Below the pieces are notes generated by a model. It was given only the letters and a program-made list of their open reading frames with translations. It had not been told where the DNA came from and did not search any database. From positions 28 through 64,027 of the forward strand of contig CAIQEI010000111.1 of the NCBI GenBank assembly GCA_903870815.1: a stretch of DNA of 64,000 nucleotides, in the 5' to 3' direction. This document shows positions 48,827 through 57,636 of this stretch, piece after piece (position 1 is the first letter of the stretch; every line of letters starts with the position of its first letter). The stretch comes from an uncultured Verrucomicrobia subdivision 3 bacterium. GTDB lineage: Bacteria; Verrucomicrobiota; Verrucomicrobiia; Limisphaerales; UBA11358. Made by a program: the position numbers and the translations under genes.

Positions 48827-48847
48827 TTGTAGGAATAATTCCTACAA
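48827..48847. repeat. Perfect palindrome TTGTAGGAAT-A-ATTCCTACAA
   Basis: 10-bp arms read directly, about 160 bp upstream of the pseudopilin-like gene start. Confidence 0.9.
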
Positions 48848-48914
48848 ATCGGAATTATCGCTGGTCACCAAATCGCGGACCGGCGTTTTGGAGTGCGGCC
48901 GCCCTTCGCCACTT

Positions 48915-49155
48915 TAGAGCGTTTGAAGAAATACTGTAGCCGTTCGGAGCGAGGATTTTTGTGTGTTGGAGAGGCTTTTGCGAAGGAGCAGGTTCAATGG
49001 AACCCTTCCCATGAACTACCCTGTTCAAGGGCCGTGAGCAGTTTCAAATTGAAACTGGAAGCTGTGACTGAGCCGAAACGAAGCAAAAACCCAAAAAAAC
49101 CGCCCTCTTACTTCGGTCAAACCGAACCGGCTACAGTATTTTTGAACATGCTCTA
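48915..49155. repeat. MITE-like or structured element (~240 bp) bounded by ~33-nt imperfect inverted repeats
   Basis: Left arm tagagcgtttgaagaaatactgtagccgttcgg. Right arm ccgaaccggctacagtatttttgaacatgctcta. The 14-nt core AAATACTGTAGCCG/CGGCTACAGTATTT is a perfect complement. Central perfect palindrome CAGTTTCAA-A-TTGAAACTG at 49039-49057. Confidence 0.6.
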
Positions 49156-49231
49156 GCTGATGCGAGGACAAACAGATGCTTTGGTCGGCTCGTGCTCATT
49201 TACTGGACGCTGTGCGGTAAATGAATGCTGA

Positions 49232-50233
49232 TTACTTCGGATTGTGCTGTTTCAGGATCTCGTTCAGCCAATCCGGGTAAGCGATGTTGCGCAGAACGGC
49301 ATCGCAGATCACCGCCTTTTTCCCGCTCCGGGCGAAGGGCACCTTGACGATTGCGGAGCGGGAATCATCCCGTTCTAGGTACCAGGTACCTTCGTGATAA
49401 TTTTTCAGCGGAATCACGTATTTGCTGAAAAACGAGTAGGGCGGCAGCGGTTGGGCCGGAATGGCGGTGCCCTCGATTTCGTTGTCATTGACGAAAGTGC
49501 GCGGGGACTGGGCCGATGCCGCATTCGTTTCGGACAAAAATCCGAAGCTGATATCATCGAAATAGACCGCGGCCGGGCTTTGCTCGTTGCCGCCGATGCT
49601 CTTTCCATACATCGACCAGACATAATACGACATGGCGCGACCATCGAAAGGTATGGCGTTGGGGTAATCGAGGGTAATCCCTCTCAAGTCGATTGTTTTA
49701 TGCAGGTCGGGGCCTTCCACTGTAAAGCGAACGAATTCCCGCCGGTTGAAATCAGCCACGCTTTGCAAGCGGTACCAGGTGTCGGATTTCAGCGGCACAC
49801 CCAGCGATAGAATTTTCCATGTCCGCTCTTTACTGGGCTTGCCGGCCATGGTCCCTATCGTTCCCGTAGCGACCCAGACGGTCCCATTGCGCTGTAATCC
49901 AGTCAGCGCCATCCAATCTCCGCCTTTGAAATAAAGCGGCTGGTTGATGCCCTCCACAAATTCCTGGTCGATGCCAAAAATTACTCCCTCTGCGAGCTCC
50001 GATGGAAAGCGCACGTAGGCCTCAACGGTTGCCAAACCGGGTTTGGCCAGCCAGTTCGAGGCGCCTTTGTCTTGGGTCACCAGGGCCACCACCCCGCTCA
50101 ATCGAGCCTCGGCCGCGTTCATGGTGACGGCTCCGTTTAAGAGCAGAAGCCATAAAGCGATAAGGGTGGCGTTGATCAACCCATCCAGGCCATGGACCAG
50201 ACGGCCAAACGGCAATGGCATTTTCACGGGCAC
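49232..50233 (-). CDS. Hypothetical exported/anchored protein, 333 aa
   Basis: N-terminal hydrophobic segment ATLIALWLLLLNGAV. The beta-rich body ends ..AAVYFDDISFGF (lectin/jelly-roll-like, unconfirmed). It begins 12 nt downstream of the GH29 gene stop. Confidence 0.6.
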   Translation of the reverse strand: MPVKMPLPFGRLVHGLDGLINATLIALWLLLLNGAVTMNAAEARLSGVVALVTQDKGASNWLAKPGLATVEAYVRFPSELAEGVIFGIDQEFVEGINQPLYFKGGDWMALTGLQRNGTVWVATGTIGTMAGKPSKERTWKILSLGVPLKSDTWYRLQSVADFNRREFVRFTVEGPDLHKTIDLRGITLDYPNAIPFDGRAMSYYVWSMYGKSIGGNEQSPAAVYFDDISFGFLSETNAASAQSPRTFVNDNEIEGTAIPAQPLPPYSFFSKYVIPLKNYHEGTWYLERDDSRSAIVKVPFARSGKKAVICDAVLRNIAYPDWLNEILKQHNPK

Positions 50234-50244
50234 TTCAGTAGATT

Positions 50245-52071
50245 TTAAAATCCGTGGATTTGCACGCTGCGCAGCGTGTAATCCGCCATGGCGCCGGGTA
50301 TTTTGATCTTCACATACCGGGCGTTACGTCCGGGCAGGAGCGCGCCCACGGCTTCGCTGTCCACCGTCACTTCCCACCGGGCCGGTGGCTGTTCGCTCGC
50401 GGCGACCCGGGTCCATTTGCGGTTGTCCTCGGAGAGCCAGAGGCTCACCGGCGGGCTGCCTGCGGCCGGTTCCACCACCACCCCGGTAACTTTCCGCAGG
50501 GTTTTAAGGTCGAAGCTGGCCGCTTCGCCGGAGACGGGCACGTTGGTTTGAACCGAAATCATCTTCCCATAGGCCACGGGGTCGTCGAAGGGGCGGGCGG
50601 ATGTCCCGGAGCGTACGGTCGTGGTGTCGGCCTGGTTCAATTGTAGCACTACCACCGTGTCGGCCGGGTCTCGCCCTTGGGGCGCTAGCTCCAGTGTAAG
50701 GCCGCGGCCGGATTGCGTGAAGGCGACCTTCGCCCCGCCATTCAGCAGGGTGGCGGATTCAACCTTGGCGGGAATCGGGGGGAGTGCGAGCGTGGTGATA
50801 TTCGGATCGAGCACATGGAGATAGACGGTATTGCCCCGGCGGGTGCTCCCACCCCAGCTGGCCGGCAGCCACGGCCCGCCCCGCGTGCCGTAAATACTGA
50901 CACCATTCTGCTTCAGCCAGTCGCCAACTTCGAGCAGTCGTGCAATTTCTTTTTCGTCAAAGGCGCCATCCCAGTGTGGCCCCCAGCTTACGAGGGCGTT
51001 GCCATTCGCGCAGGCCGTTGAAGCTAGAATGCGCACCAGTGTATCCCGGCTTTTCGGCGGGGAGCCGGTCCATGACCATGATTCCGTCAGCGAGAGACAG
51101 GCTTCCCAGGGCCGTTCCTGATAAAAACCGGATCGCTGTTCCGGTGTGTCAAAATCCCCCGGCAGGCTGGCGCGATTGTTGATGAGCATGTGCGGCTGGA
51201 GTTGGCGCATCATGCGTGTGAGCGATTCGGCGTCCCACATGTCCGCCGTGAACATGCCGCCCCACCATGCGGCGTCGAACCAGAAGAAATCCACGCGCCC
51301 GTATTTGGTGCAAAGCTCGCGGATGGCGTTGCGGTTGTAGGCGAGATAGCGCTGGTGGCTGGCGCCGAGCGGGTGCCCGGGATCGTAATCGGGGTTATGC
51401 CACTCCCGCTGGGCATAATAGATGCCGAACGGCATCCCCGCCTCGTGGCAGGCGTCGGCCAGTTCCTTGAGATAGTCGCGGCCAAACGGGGTTTTGGTGA
51501 TTTTGAAATCCGAATAAGCCGTGTCCCACAAATGAAACCCTTCGTGGTGTTTGGCCACGGCGACGATGTAATGGAACCCGGCGGCCCGGGCGATGCGCAC
51601 CCACTCCTTGGCGTCGAATTTTTCGAACCGGAACTGCGCCGCCCATTGGAGATAATCATCGTGAATCGGACCCACCGGCGCGCAAGTGCCGTCCGCCCGA
51701 TGGTCCGGCCACTTGATGCTCTGGACGGTTCCCCAGCTAAGCTCCTTGCCTTGGTAAGTGGATAGCCCGAAATGGATGAACATGCCGTAGCGCAAGTCCT
51801 GAAAATGCGCCGCGTCCGCCGCCGGTGCGAAGTTGCTGGCCTCCCATTCCGCGGTCGTGAAGGGCTGGAACAGGTAATCGGGCAGATTCCGGCGCGGATC
51901 ATCCGCCCCAAACATCTCCTTCGGCGTCTTGCCCTCATCCACCCGGACGGACCATTGGGCCCGTGCCGGAACTGTTTGAATTAGGAGTGCGCCGGCGACC
52001 AACATTGTCATCGGCATGTTTCTGCGGAGGAAATTTGTCATAATGGATAAATTAAAATTGCGGGCTCTCAT
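50245..52071 (-). CDS. Alpha-L-fucosidase (GH29) with C-terminal discoidin-like domain
   Basis: RYGMFIHFGLSTYQG and VAVAKHHEGFHLWDT are GH29 motifs. Signal MLVAGALLIQTVPARA. C-terminal ~130 aa beta-sandwich. Confidence 0.9.
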   Translation of the reverse strand: MRARNFNLSIMTNFLRRNMPMTMLVAGALLIQTVPARAQWSVRVDEGKTPKEMFGADDPRRNLPDYLFQPFTTAEWEASNFAPAADAAHFQDLRYGMFIHFGLSTYQGKELSWGTVQSIKWPDHRADGTCAPVGPIHDDYLQWAAQFRFEKFDAKEWVRIARAAGFHYIVAVAKHHEGFHLWDTAYSDFKITKTPFGRDYLKELADACHEAGMPFGIYYAQREWHNPDYDPGHPLGASHQRYLAYNRNAIRELCTKYGRVDFFWFDAAWWGGMFTADMWDAESLTRMMRQLQPHMLINNRASLPGDFDTPEQRSGFYQERPWEACLSLTESWSWTGSPPKSRDTLVRILASTACANGNALVSWGPHWDGAFDEKEIARLLEVGDWLKQNGVSIYGTRGGPWLPASWGGSTRRGNTVYLHVLDPNITTLALPPIPAKVESATLLNGGAKVAFTQSGRGLTLELAPQGRDPADTVVVLQLNQADTTTVRSGTSARPFDDPVAYGKMISVQTNVPVSGEAASFDLKTLRKVTGVVVEPAAGSPPVSLWLSEDNRKWTRVAASEQPPARWEVTVDSEAVGALLPGRNARYVKIKIPGAMADYTLRSVQIHGF

Positions 52072-52101
52072 ATACGTGACGCCGCGTGTAGGCGAAAAAT
52101 A

Positions 52102-52758
52102 TCATCGGGGCTGCTGGCTCTCGTGCCAGCGCACCGCGTTGAAAACCAGTTCATTGATGTTGGCCAGGTTGAGCTTGTCTTTGATGCGGGCGCAGTAGAC
52201 ATGCACCGTCTTGAACCCGATATTCATCTGTTCGGAAACCTGCCGGGTGTTGTAGCCCCGCCCGAGCAATTGAAACACCTCCAGTTCACGGTCGCTCAAG
52301 GCGGCGGTGATGTTCTCGTGGCCTGTGGCACCTTGAACGAGTTTTTGCGCCAGCATGGCGTTGACGGCATTGCTGAAAAATGTCTGGCCCGCCAGCACCG
52401 CGCGGATCGCGTCCATCACCTTGTTGCTGGCTTCCCGTTTCATGATGTAACCGGCCGCCCCCGCGCGCATCGCCCGCTCGGCGTAGTCCATCTCATCGTG
52501 CATGGATAGCACAATCGCGTCGGTTTGTTCATGCAGCGCTTTGATATCCTTGATGAGTTCCAAACCGGAGCTGCCCTCCAGTGAAATATCCACCACGACG
52601 ATCCGTGGCAACAGCGTCCCGATCAGGCTGAGGGCTTCGCGGGCATTTCCCGCCTGACCGCAGACTTCCAAATCCGGCTCCTCGTTGATCAGGTTGGCGA
52701 GCAGTTCGCGCATCAGCGAATGATCATCCACCAAAACGATTTTTGTTTTAGGGTTCAT
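52102..52758 (-). CDS. NarL/FixJ-family response regulator
   Basis: Receiver VLVDDH..VVVDISL and LuxR-type HTH LSDRELEVFQLLGRGYNTRQVSEQMNIGFKTVHVYCARI. Confidence 0.9.
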   Translation of the reverse strand: MNPKTKIVLVDDHSLMRELLANLINEEPDLEVCGQAGNAREALSLIGTLLPRIVVVDISLEGSSGLELIKDIKALHEQTDAIVLSMHDEMDYAERAMRAGAAGYIMKREASNKVMDAIRAVLAGQTFFSNAVNAMLAQKLVQGATGHENITAALSDRELEVFQLLGRGYNTRQVSEQMNIGFKTVHVYCARIKDKLNLANINELVFNAVRWHESQQPR

Positions 52759-53792
52759 AGAGATTCCGGCGGTGGCGGATTATGGTTCAAAATGCAGACC
52801 GCCTTGGCGCCCCCGGACGGCAGATTTTGGATGTCAAAGGTCGCGCCAATGATGCGCGCGCGATAACTCATTATCCGTAACCCCATGCCTTTTGGGGTTT
52901 GGCCCGCCGCCGGCAACCCGGTGCCATCATCGGTGACCGTGAGCATCACGCTGTTTTTGACCGCATCCAGCGAAATGACCAGGTTGCGCACCTGGCCGTG
53001 CCGGACGGCATTGGTCGCCGCCTCCTGGGCAATGCGATAAAGATGGATGCCCGCCTGGGAATCATTCAAAACCACCGTTCCGGAATGTTGAAAGCGGCAG
53101 GACACGTTAAACGATTTGGTGATGCTGCCGGAAAGATTTTGCAAGGCGACTTCCAATCCATCCGCACCCAGTTCGAGGGGGTGCAAATTGCGGGCGATTC
53201 TTCGGGTCATTTCAATGGAGTCTTCCGCCATGCTGACTAGGCGGTCGGCTGCGGCGGGTTCCACGCTGGATTTGTTGGCCAGTCTATTTGATAAAATCTT
53301 GGCCCCGAAGGCGATGGCGGTCAGATGTTGACCGAGGCTGTCATGTAAATCCCGCCCGATTCTTCGTTGCTCGGATTCCACTATTCCCAGCAACTCTCTT
53401 TCCAGGCGGACGCGTTCTTGGATTTCCTCCCGCAAACTTTCCGTTCTGATTTCGACCATCCGACGCAATTGCTCCCGCGTGGAAAACAAAATCACGACCA
53501 GGAGGAAAATCGAAAGACGAATGCCGGTGTTCCAGACCGGAGTCCAATAATCGGTGTATTTATCCCCGGCCCCGATGTCGGCGGCCAGCCACACCAGTGC
53601 GGCCAGAATTGAGATCGCAAAGGCAAAACCCAGCCCCGCCCGTTTCAGGACATAAAGGATGGGTATAAAATAAAAAATCAGCAGCGACAGCTTGTATCCC
53701 GTGGCCAGGTCGGCAAAACCAACCGCCGCCAGCAATGCCAAACCGCATAGCACCACGGTGAATCTTGATTTTAATTTCAGGCCGGTTGGCAT
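52755..53792 (-). CDS. Membrane sensor histidine kinase (HisKA_3 type)
   Basis: Four N-terminal TM helices, H-box RRIGRDLHDSLGQHLTAI, ATPase blocks EAATNAVRHG and DDGTGL. Overlaps the regulator gene by 4 nt. Confidence 0.85.
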   Translation of the reverse strand: MPTGLKLKSRFTVVLCGLALLAAVGFADLATGYKLSLLIFYFIPILYVLKRAGLGFAFAISILAALVWLAADIGAGDKYTDYWTPVWNTGIRLSIFLLVVILFSTREQLRRMVEIRTESLREEIQERVRLERELLGIVESEQRRIGRDLHDSLGQHLTAIAFGAKILSNRLANKSSVEPAAADRLVSMAEDSIEMTRRIARNLHPLELGADGLEVALQNLSGSITKSFNVSCRFQHSGTVVLNDSQAGIHLYRIAQEAATNAVRHGQVRNLVISLDAVKNSVMLTVTDDGTGLPAAGQTPKGMGLRIMSYRARIIGATFDIQNLPSGGAKAVCILNHNPPPPESL

Positions 53793-53960
53793 TTCAGCAA
53801 AAATGTGGCGCGTTTAAACGCCGTGGACAAGCGAAAGAAAAAGCAAAATGTTCCTTTCCGATATCCTTCAGGCTCTCGTGATGTCGGGGTCACCGGCGGT
53901 GCCAAAATCAGCCCCCCACGTTTTTATACTATCAGGGGTTTGATGTTGCACCATTTTCAG

Positions 53961-54035
53961 ATTGCTGTAGCGGCGCTCTGTCAGCGCCGTTGGATAATCA
54001 ATTTGGCGGTCGCGGATCGCCGCTGCCGTGCAATT
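53961..54035. repeat. Long imperfect inverted repeat in the pqiC/kinase intergenic region
   Basis: attgctgtagcggcg .. cgccgctgccgtgcaat form the outer arms. An inner hairpin CGGCGCT-ctgtc-AGCGCCG lies within. Confidence 0.6.
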
Positions 54036-54137
54036 TCATACTGAAACTGTTGTTAGGTCTTGGACGGCCACCGCCCCTGCCCGAAGGAATGGAATAAAAA
54101 GATCTGCCGATTTGCCGCCCACGGGGGGCTGACCGGT

Positions 54138-54725
54138 TCACTTCGTCCCGGCTTCCGTGCGGATGGCGGCGGCAAGGTCGCGGCCGAGTTTCGCGAGCGC
54201 GCGGCTGTGCGCGGCGGCCAGCGCGTCATAACTGTTGCCGGTTACCGGCTCGGTCGCTGTCGTCCGGCCGGACAAAGTGACGTTCCCCTCCGTCTGGCGC
54301 ACCACCCACACGGCATCCAGCTGCGCGGATTGGCCGGGCAGGGAGGCGAACTTCTGGATGTCAATCGTTACGCGGTACTCGGGCGTGAAGCCGGCGGGCG
54401 CCGCCGGGGTCACGCGCGGCGAGCCGAGCAGCGCGCCCAGGTCGGCGGCAACGGCGCGGGCGATGCCGTCGTTGAGCGGCTCGGCCCAGCGGTTGAACTC
54501 ATCAATGGCCACGCGGTTCGGCGCGACCGTCACGGTGAACTGCGGCCGGTCCACCTCCGCCGGCACGCTGACTGGCCCGACGGCAACGGCGTATTGCGCG
54601 GCGGACGTGCCGTCGCCCGTCGCCGTGGCGCTGAGCGTGTAAAACTTCGACGGTGCGGACGCGCAGCCGGCGGCGAGCGCGATGACCGCCGCGAGGAACA
54701 GGGAATGTTGGAAATGTTTTTTCAT
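54138..54725 (-). CDS. pqiC: PqiC-like lipoprotein (ABC-type transport auxiliary component)
   Basis: Lipobox ALAAGC, then KFYTLS. Position immediately after pqiB. Confidence 0.75.
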   Translation of the reverse strand: MKKHFQHSLFLAAVIALAAGCASAPSKFYTLSATATGDGTSAAQYAVAVGPVSVPAEVDRPQFTVTVAPNRVAIDEFNRWAEPLNDGIARAVAADLGALLGSPRVTPAAPAGFTPEYRVTIDIQKFASLPGQSAQLDAVWVVRQTEGNVTLSGRTTATEPVTGNSYDALAAAHSRALAKLGRDLAAAIRTEAGTK

Positions 54726-56255
54726 TTATTTTGCCTCTCCGGTTTTGCCGCGAATCAGTGCCTCGGGATGCCGCTCCAGATAGTCGGCCAGCACGCGCAG
54801 GGCTTGCGCCGCGCCGCCGCCCTGCTTGAGCAGGTTGTCGAGCTGGGCGTTGAACGGGGAGTCGGGCGCAATGAGGGTGCCGGCGTTCCCCAGCACCTTG
54901 TCGGCGTTGGTGAGCGTGCCGCGCACGCTGCCCAGCGTGGTGTCGAGCGACTTCATGAGGTTGAGCGCGGTGTCCTCAACGGCCTCGATCTGGCCGGGCA
55001 TGGCCGGGAGTTCCACGGGGCTTTTCGTCCAGTCCAAGGTCACGGGCGCCGCGTCGGGATGCAAATCAATCGCCACATACAGCGAGCCGCTGATGAGGTT
55101 GCCGGTCTTGAGCTGCGCGCGTAGCCCGTGCGCCACCATGGCGTCCATGACGCGGCGGTTGCTGGTGTCGGCGTCCTCGCCGCCCGGGAGATTGAGAATC
55201 TTCACGCCGTAGCGCCCCGCATCCATTGTGATGGTGACGGGCACGGTGAACTCCACCTTCTGCGCGTCGAACTGCGGGTTGATGGCGGTGACCTCGCCGA
55301 TGGTGATGCCGTTGACGTTGACCGGCGCGCCGATCTGAAGTCCCCGCACGGACTGTTTGAACACGATGAGATAGGTGTGCGGATTGTGCGGCGGTGGGCG
55401 GAAAGCCTCGGCGCGGTCGTTGAACAAATTATACGTGGTGCCGGCGTCGGCGGGCGGCAGCGGCGAATCGCTGGCGGGCGTCTCGAAGGCGATGCCGCCG
55501 GCAAGGATGGACATGAGGGATTCCGTCTGGACGCGCAGGCCGCTGGCGGAGAGCGAAAGATCCACGCCGCTGGCCGACCAGAAGCGCGTGTCCGGATTGA
55601 CGTATTGGTCGTAGGGCGCCTGCACGAAAATTTTCAGATTCAGGAATTTTCCATCCTTGTCCAGCGCGTAGGAGACCACCTGGCCGGCGGGCAGCTTGCG
55701 GAAAAAGATGGGCGTTCCTTCGCCGAGCGAGCCCAGCTCATCGGTCTTCAGGGTGAAGAAGCGGCCGGCTAGGTTGCCCGAGAACGGCGGCGTTTCCAGC
55801 GCGGTAAAGCTGCGCTCGCTCACTTTCGACTCGCCGAGCTGGACGCCGATGTAATAGCCGAAAATCAGCGTGCCCAGTCCGGAAATGTTCAGGCCGGACA
55901 TCCGGGGCCTGACGACCCAGAACCGGGTGTCTTTCACGAGAAAATCCTTCGCCTTGGGGCTCATCTGCGCGGTGGCGATCACGCGTTTGTGGTCGTTCAT
56001 CAGCCGGATGGCGGTGAGCGTGCCGACATCCAGGCCGTTGTAGTTGATCTTGGTCTTGTTGGCGGTCAGGCCGTCGGCGGACTGGAAAATAATCGTGATC
56101 TCCGGCCCGCGCTCCATGATTTTTGTCACGGCGATCCACACGCCGGCCACCGCGGCCACGATGGGGATGACCCATACGAGCGAAACCCGCGTGCGTTTCT
56201 TGGGAACGGCCTTGGCCTCGGGAACCGGCGGTAATGATTTGTCGTTGTCAGGCAT
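54726..56255 (-). CDS. pqiB: PqiB-like multi-MCE (MlaD) domain intermembrane transport protein
   Basis: N-terminal TM VSLVWVIPIVAAVAGVWIAV followed by repeated MCE-like blocks (GLDVGTL.., GAPVNVNGITIGEV..). Confidence 0.85.
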   Translation of the reverse strand: MPDNDKSLPPVPEAKAVPKKRTRVSLVWVIPIVAAVAGVWIAVTKIMERGPEITIIFQSADGLTANKTKINYNGLDVGTLTAIRLMNDHKRVIATAQMSPKAKDFLVKDTRFWVVRPRMSGLNISGLGTLIFGYYIGVQLGESKVSERSFTALETPPFSGNLAGRFFTLKTDELGSLGEGTPIFFRKLPAGQVVSYALDKDGKFLNLKIFVQAPYDQYVNPDTRFWSASGVDLSLSASGLRVQTESLMSILAGGIAFETPASDSPLPPADAGTTYNLFNDRAEAFRPPPHNPHTYLIVFKQSVRGLQIGAPVNVNGITIGEVTAINPQFDAQKVEFTVPVTITMDAGRYGVKILNLPGGEDADTSNRRVMDAMVAHGLRAQLKTGNLISGSLYVAIDLHPDAAPVTLDWTKSPVELPAMPGQIEAVEDTALNLMKSLDTTLGSVRGTLTNADKVLGNAGTLIAPDSPFNAQLDNLLKQGGGAAQALRVLADYLERHPEALIRGKTGEAK

Positions 56256-56901
56256 TTTGAACCTCGTCTTGAATCTCCTTCGCGTTGGCGGAATCCCAGA
56301 TGAGCCGCGGGTCGAAGGACTCGACCGCCAGCATAGTCAGCACCACCACCGCCGCAAAGAAGAATAATCCCGGTCCCGGCGTCACCGCCATGAGCGGCTG
56401 CAACTGGATCAGCGCCACCGTGAACGTGTCCACGAACACGTCCACCATGCTCCAGCGCCCGATGATTTCCACCGTGCGATAAAGCCGGACCCGCTGGGCG
56501 TTGTTCTTGATGGAGCCGCGCTTCACGGTGATGACGAGATACAGCAGCGCGAGTATCTTGGCGCTCGGGATCATGATGCTCGCGAACAGCACAATGAGCG
56601 ACAGCGGCCAGCCCGTCGGCGACCACAGCAGGACGACGCCCTGCATGATCGTGTCGGATTCGCTGCCGCCGGCGGTGGTGGTTGTCATCACCGGCAGGAT
56701 ATTGGCGGGTATGTAGCAGACCGCCGCCGCGATGAGATAGGCCAGCGTCTTTTCCAAACTTCCCGGCTTGCGGAAGTGCAAATCCTCGTCGCAGCGCGGG
56801 CAGCGCCCTTCCTCGGCACCCGCCGCCGGCCGCGAGAGCAAACCGCAGCCGTGGCATGTTTGCAAGCCTTGTTCCATCGCGGTCGGATTCAGCGCGCTCA
56901 C
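56248..56901 (-). CDS. pqiA: PqiA-family membrane protein (half-size, copy 2)
   Basis: CHGCG..CPRCD zinc-finger-like pairs and IGRWSMVDVFV signature. Confidence 0.85.
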   Translation of the reverse strand: MSALNPTAMEQGLQTCHGCGLLSRPAAGAEEGRCPRCDEDLHFRKPGSLEKTLAYLIAAAVCYIPANILPVMTTTTAGGSESDTIMQGVVLLWSPTGWPLSLIVLFASIMIPSAKILALLYLVITVKRGSIKNNAQRVRLYRTVEIIGRWSMVDVFVDTFTVALIQLQPLMAVTPGPGLFFFAAVVVLTMLAVESFDPRLIWDSANAKEIQDEVQNA

Positions 56902-57602
56902 GGCGTCACCTCCGAAATTGTTTTTCCGCCGGCCGGCGGGCGCGCTTCGGACTCCGCCCAGGCCACGCGTTCCCAGACTTCGCGCAGATCAAAGCAGGAC
57001 TGGATGGCCGCCAGCAAAATCACCAGTGCGAACAGCGCGAAAAACGCCGTGCCGATGATGACCGTGGCGTAGTCGGCGATCTTCGTCAGCGCCACCAGCA
57101 CGCCGAGCAGCATCACCTCGATCATGCTCCACGTGCGGGTGAATTCCAGATGGCGCAGGAACAGCCCCACCCAGAACGGTGGCCGCGCGCGGCTGCAGCC
57201 GATCAGGATCACCAGCAGAATGCTGATTTGTAGCGCGGGCGAAATCACGGCGGCGAACAGCACCAGCACCGCGACCGCCTGCTGCTCGTTGTTCCAGAGT
57301 TGCTCCGCGCCGCCGATGACGGTGGTGAACGCCTCGCGCCCGACCGCGTGCAGCCCGAGCATCGGCACGGTGTTGGCGATGAGATAAAGCACCAGCGCCG
57401 CGAGCGTCAGCGCCAGCGTGCGGTTGAAGGAGTCCGTGCGATGCCGCCACAGCTCGTGGTCGCAGCGCGGGCAGCGCACCGACGCGCCCGGCTGGACTTC
57501 GGGCATGCGCTGCAGCAGGTCGCAGTCGGGACAGGCGATGACCCCGGCGTCGGCCAGCGGCCGGTTGCAGTCGGGGTGATGGTTGGGTTCCGGCAAAATC
57601 AT
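56898..57602 (-). CDS. pqiA: PqiA-family membrane protein (half-size, copy 1)
   Basis: CPDCD..CPRCD pairs and TRTWSMIEVMLLGVLVAL. ATG 57602 chosen; ORF-track start 57776 overlaps the upstream barrel gene. Confidence 0.85.
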   Translation of the reverse strand: MILPEPNHHPDCNRPLADAGVIACPDCDLLQRMPEVQPGASVRCPRCDHELWRHRTDSFNRTLALTLAALVLYLIANTVPMLGLHAVGREAFTTVIGGAEQLWNNEQQAVAVLVLFAAVISPALQISILLVILIGCSRARPPFWVGLFLRHLEFTRTWSMIEVMLLGVLVALTKIADYATVIIGTAFFALFALVILLAAIQSCFDLREVWERVAWAESEARPPAGGKTISEVTP

Positions 57603-57636
57603 GGGCGTAGGCGCAATCGGGATTTTGCCGGGCCGG

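Noticed and set aside
48893-49156. An 87-aa ORF in the pseudopilin/hypothetical intergenic gap
   Set aside because: It coincides exactly with the inverted-repeat-bounded element. It has odd composition, no recognisable family and no ribosome-binding context, so it was treated as a non-coding repeat.
53805-54044. A 79-aa ORF between the kinase gene and pqiC
   Set aside because: It spans the long inverted repeat, and its translation (..AVADRRCRAISY) is what repeat elements produce. There is no supporting start context.
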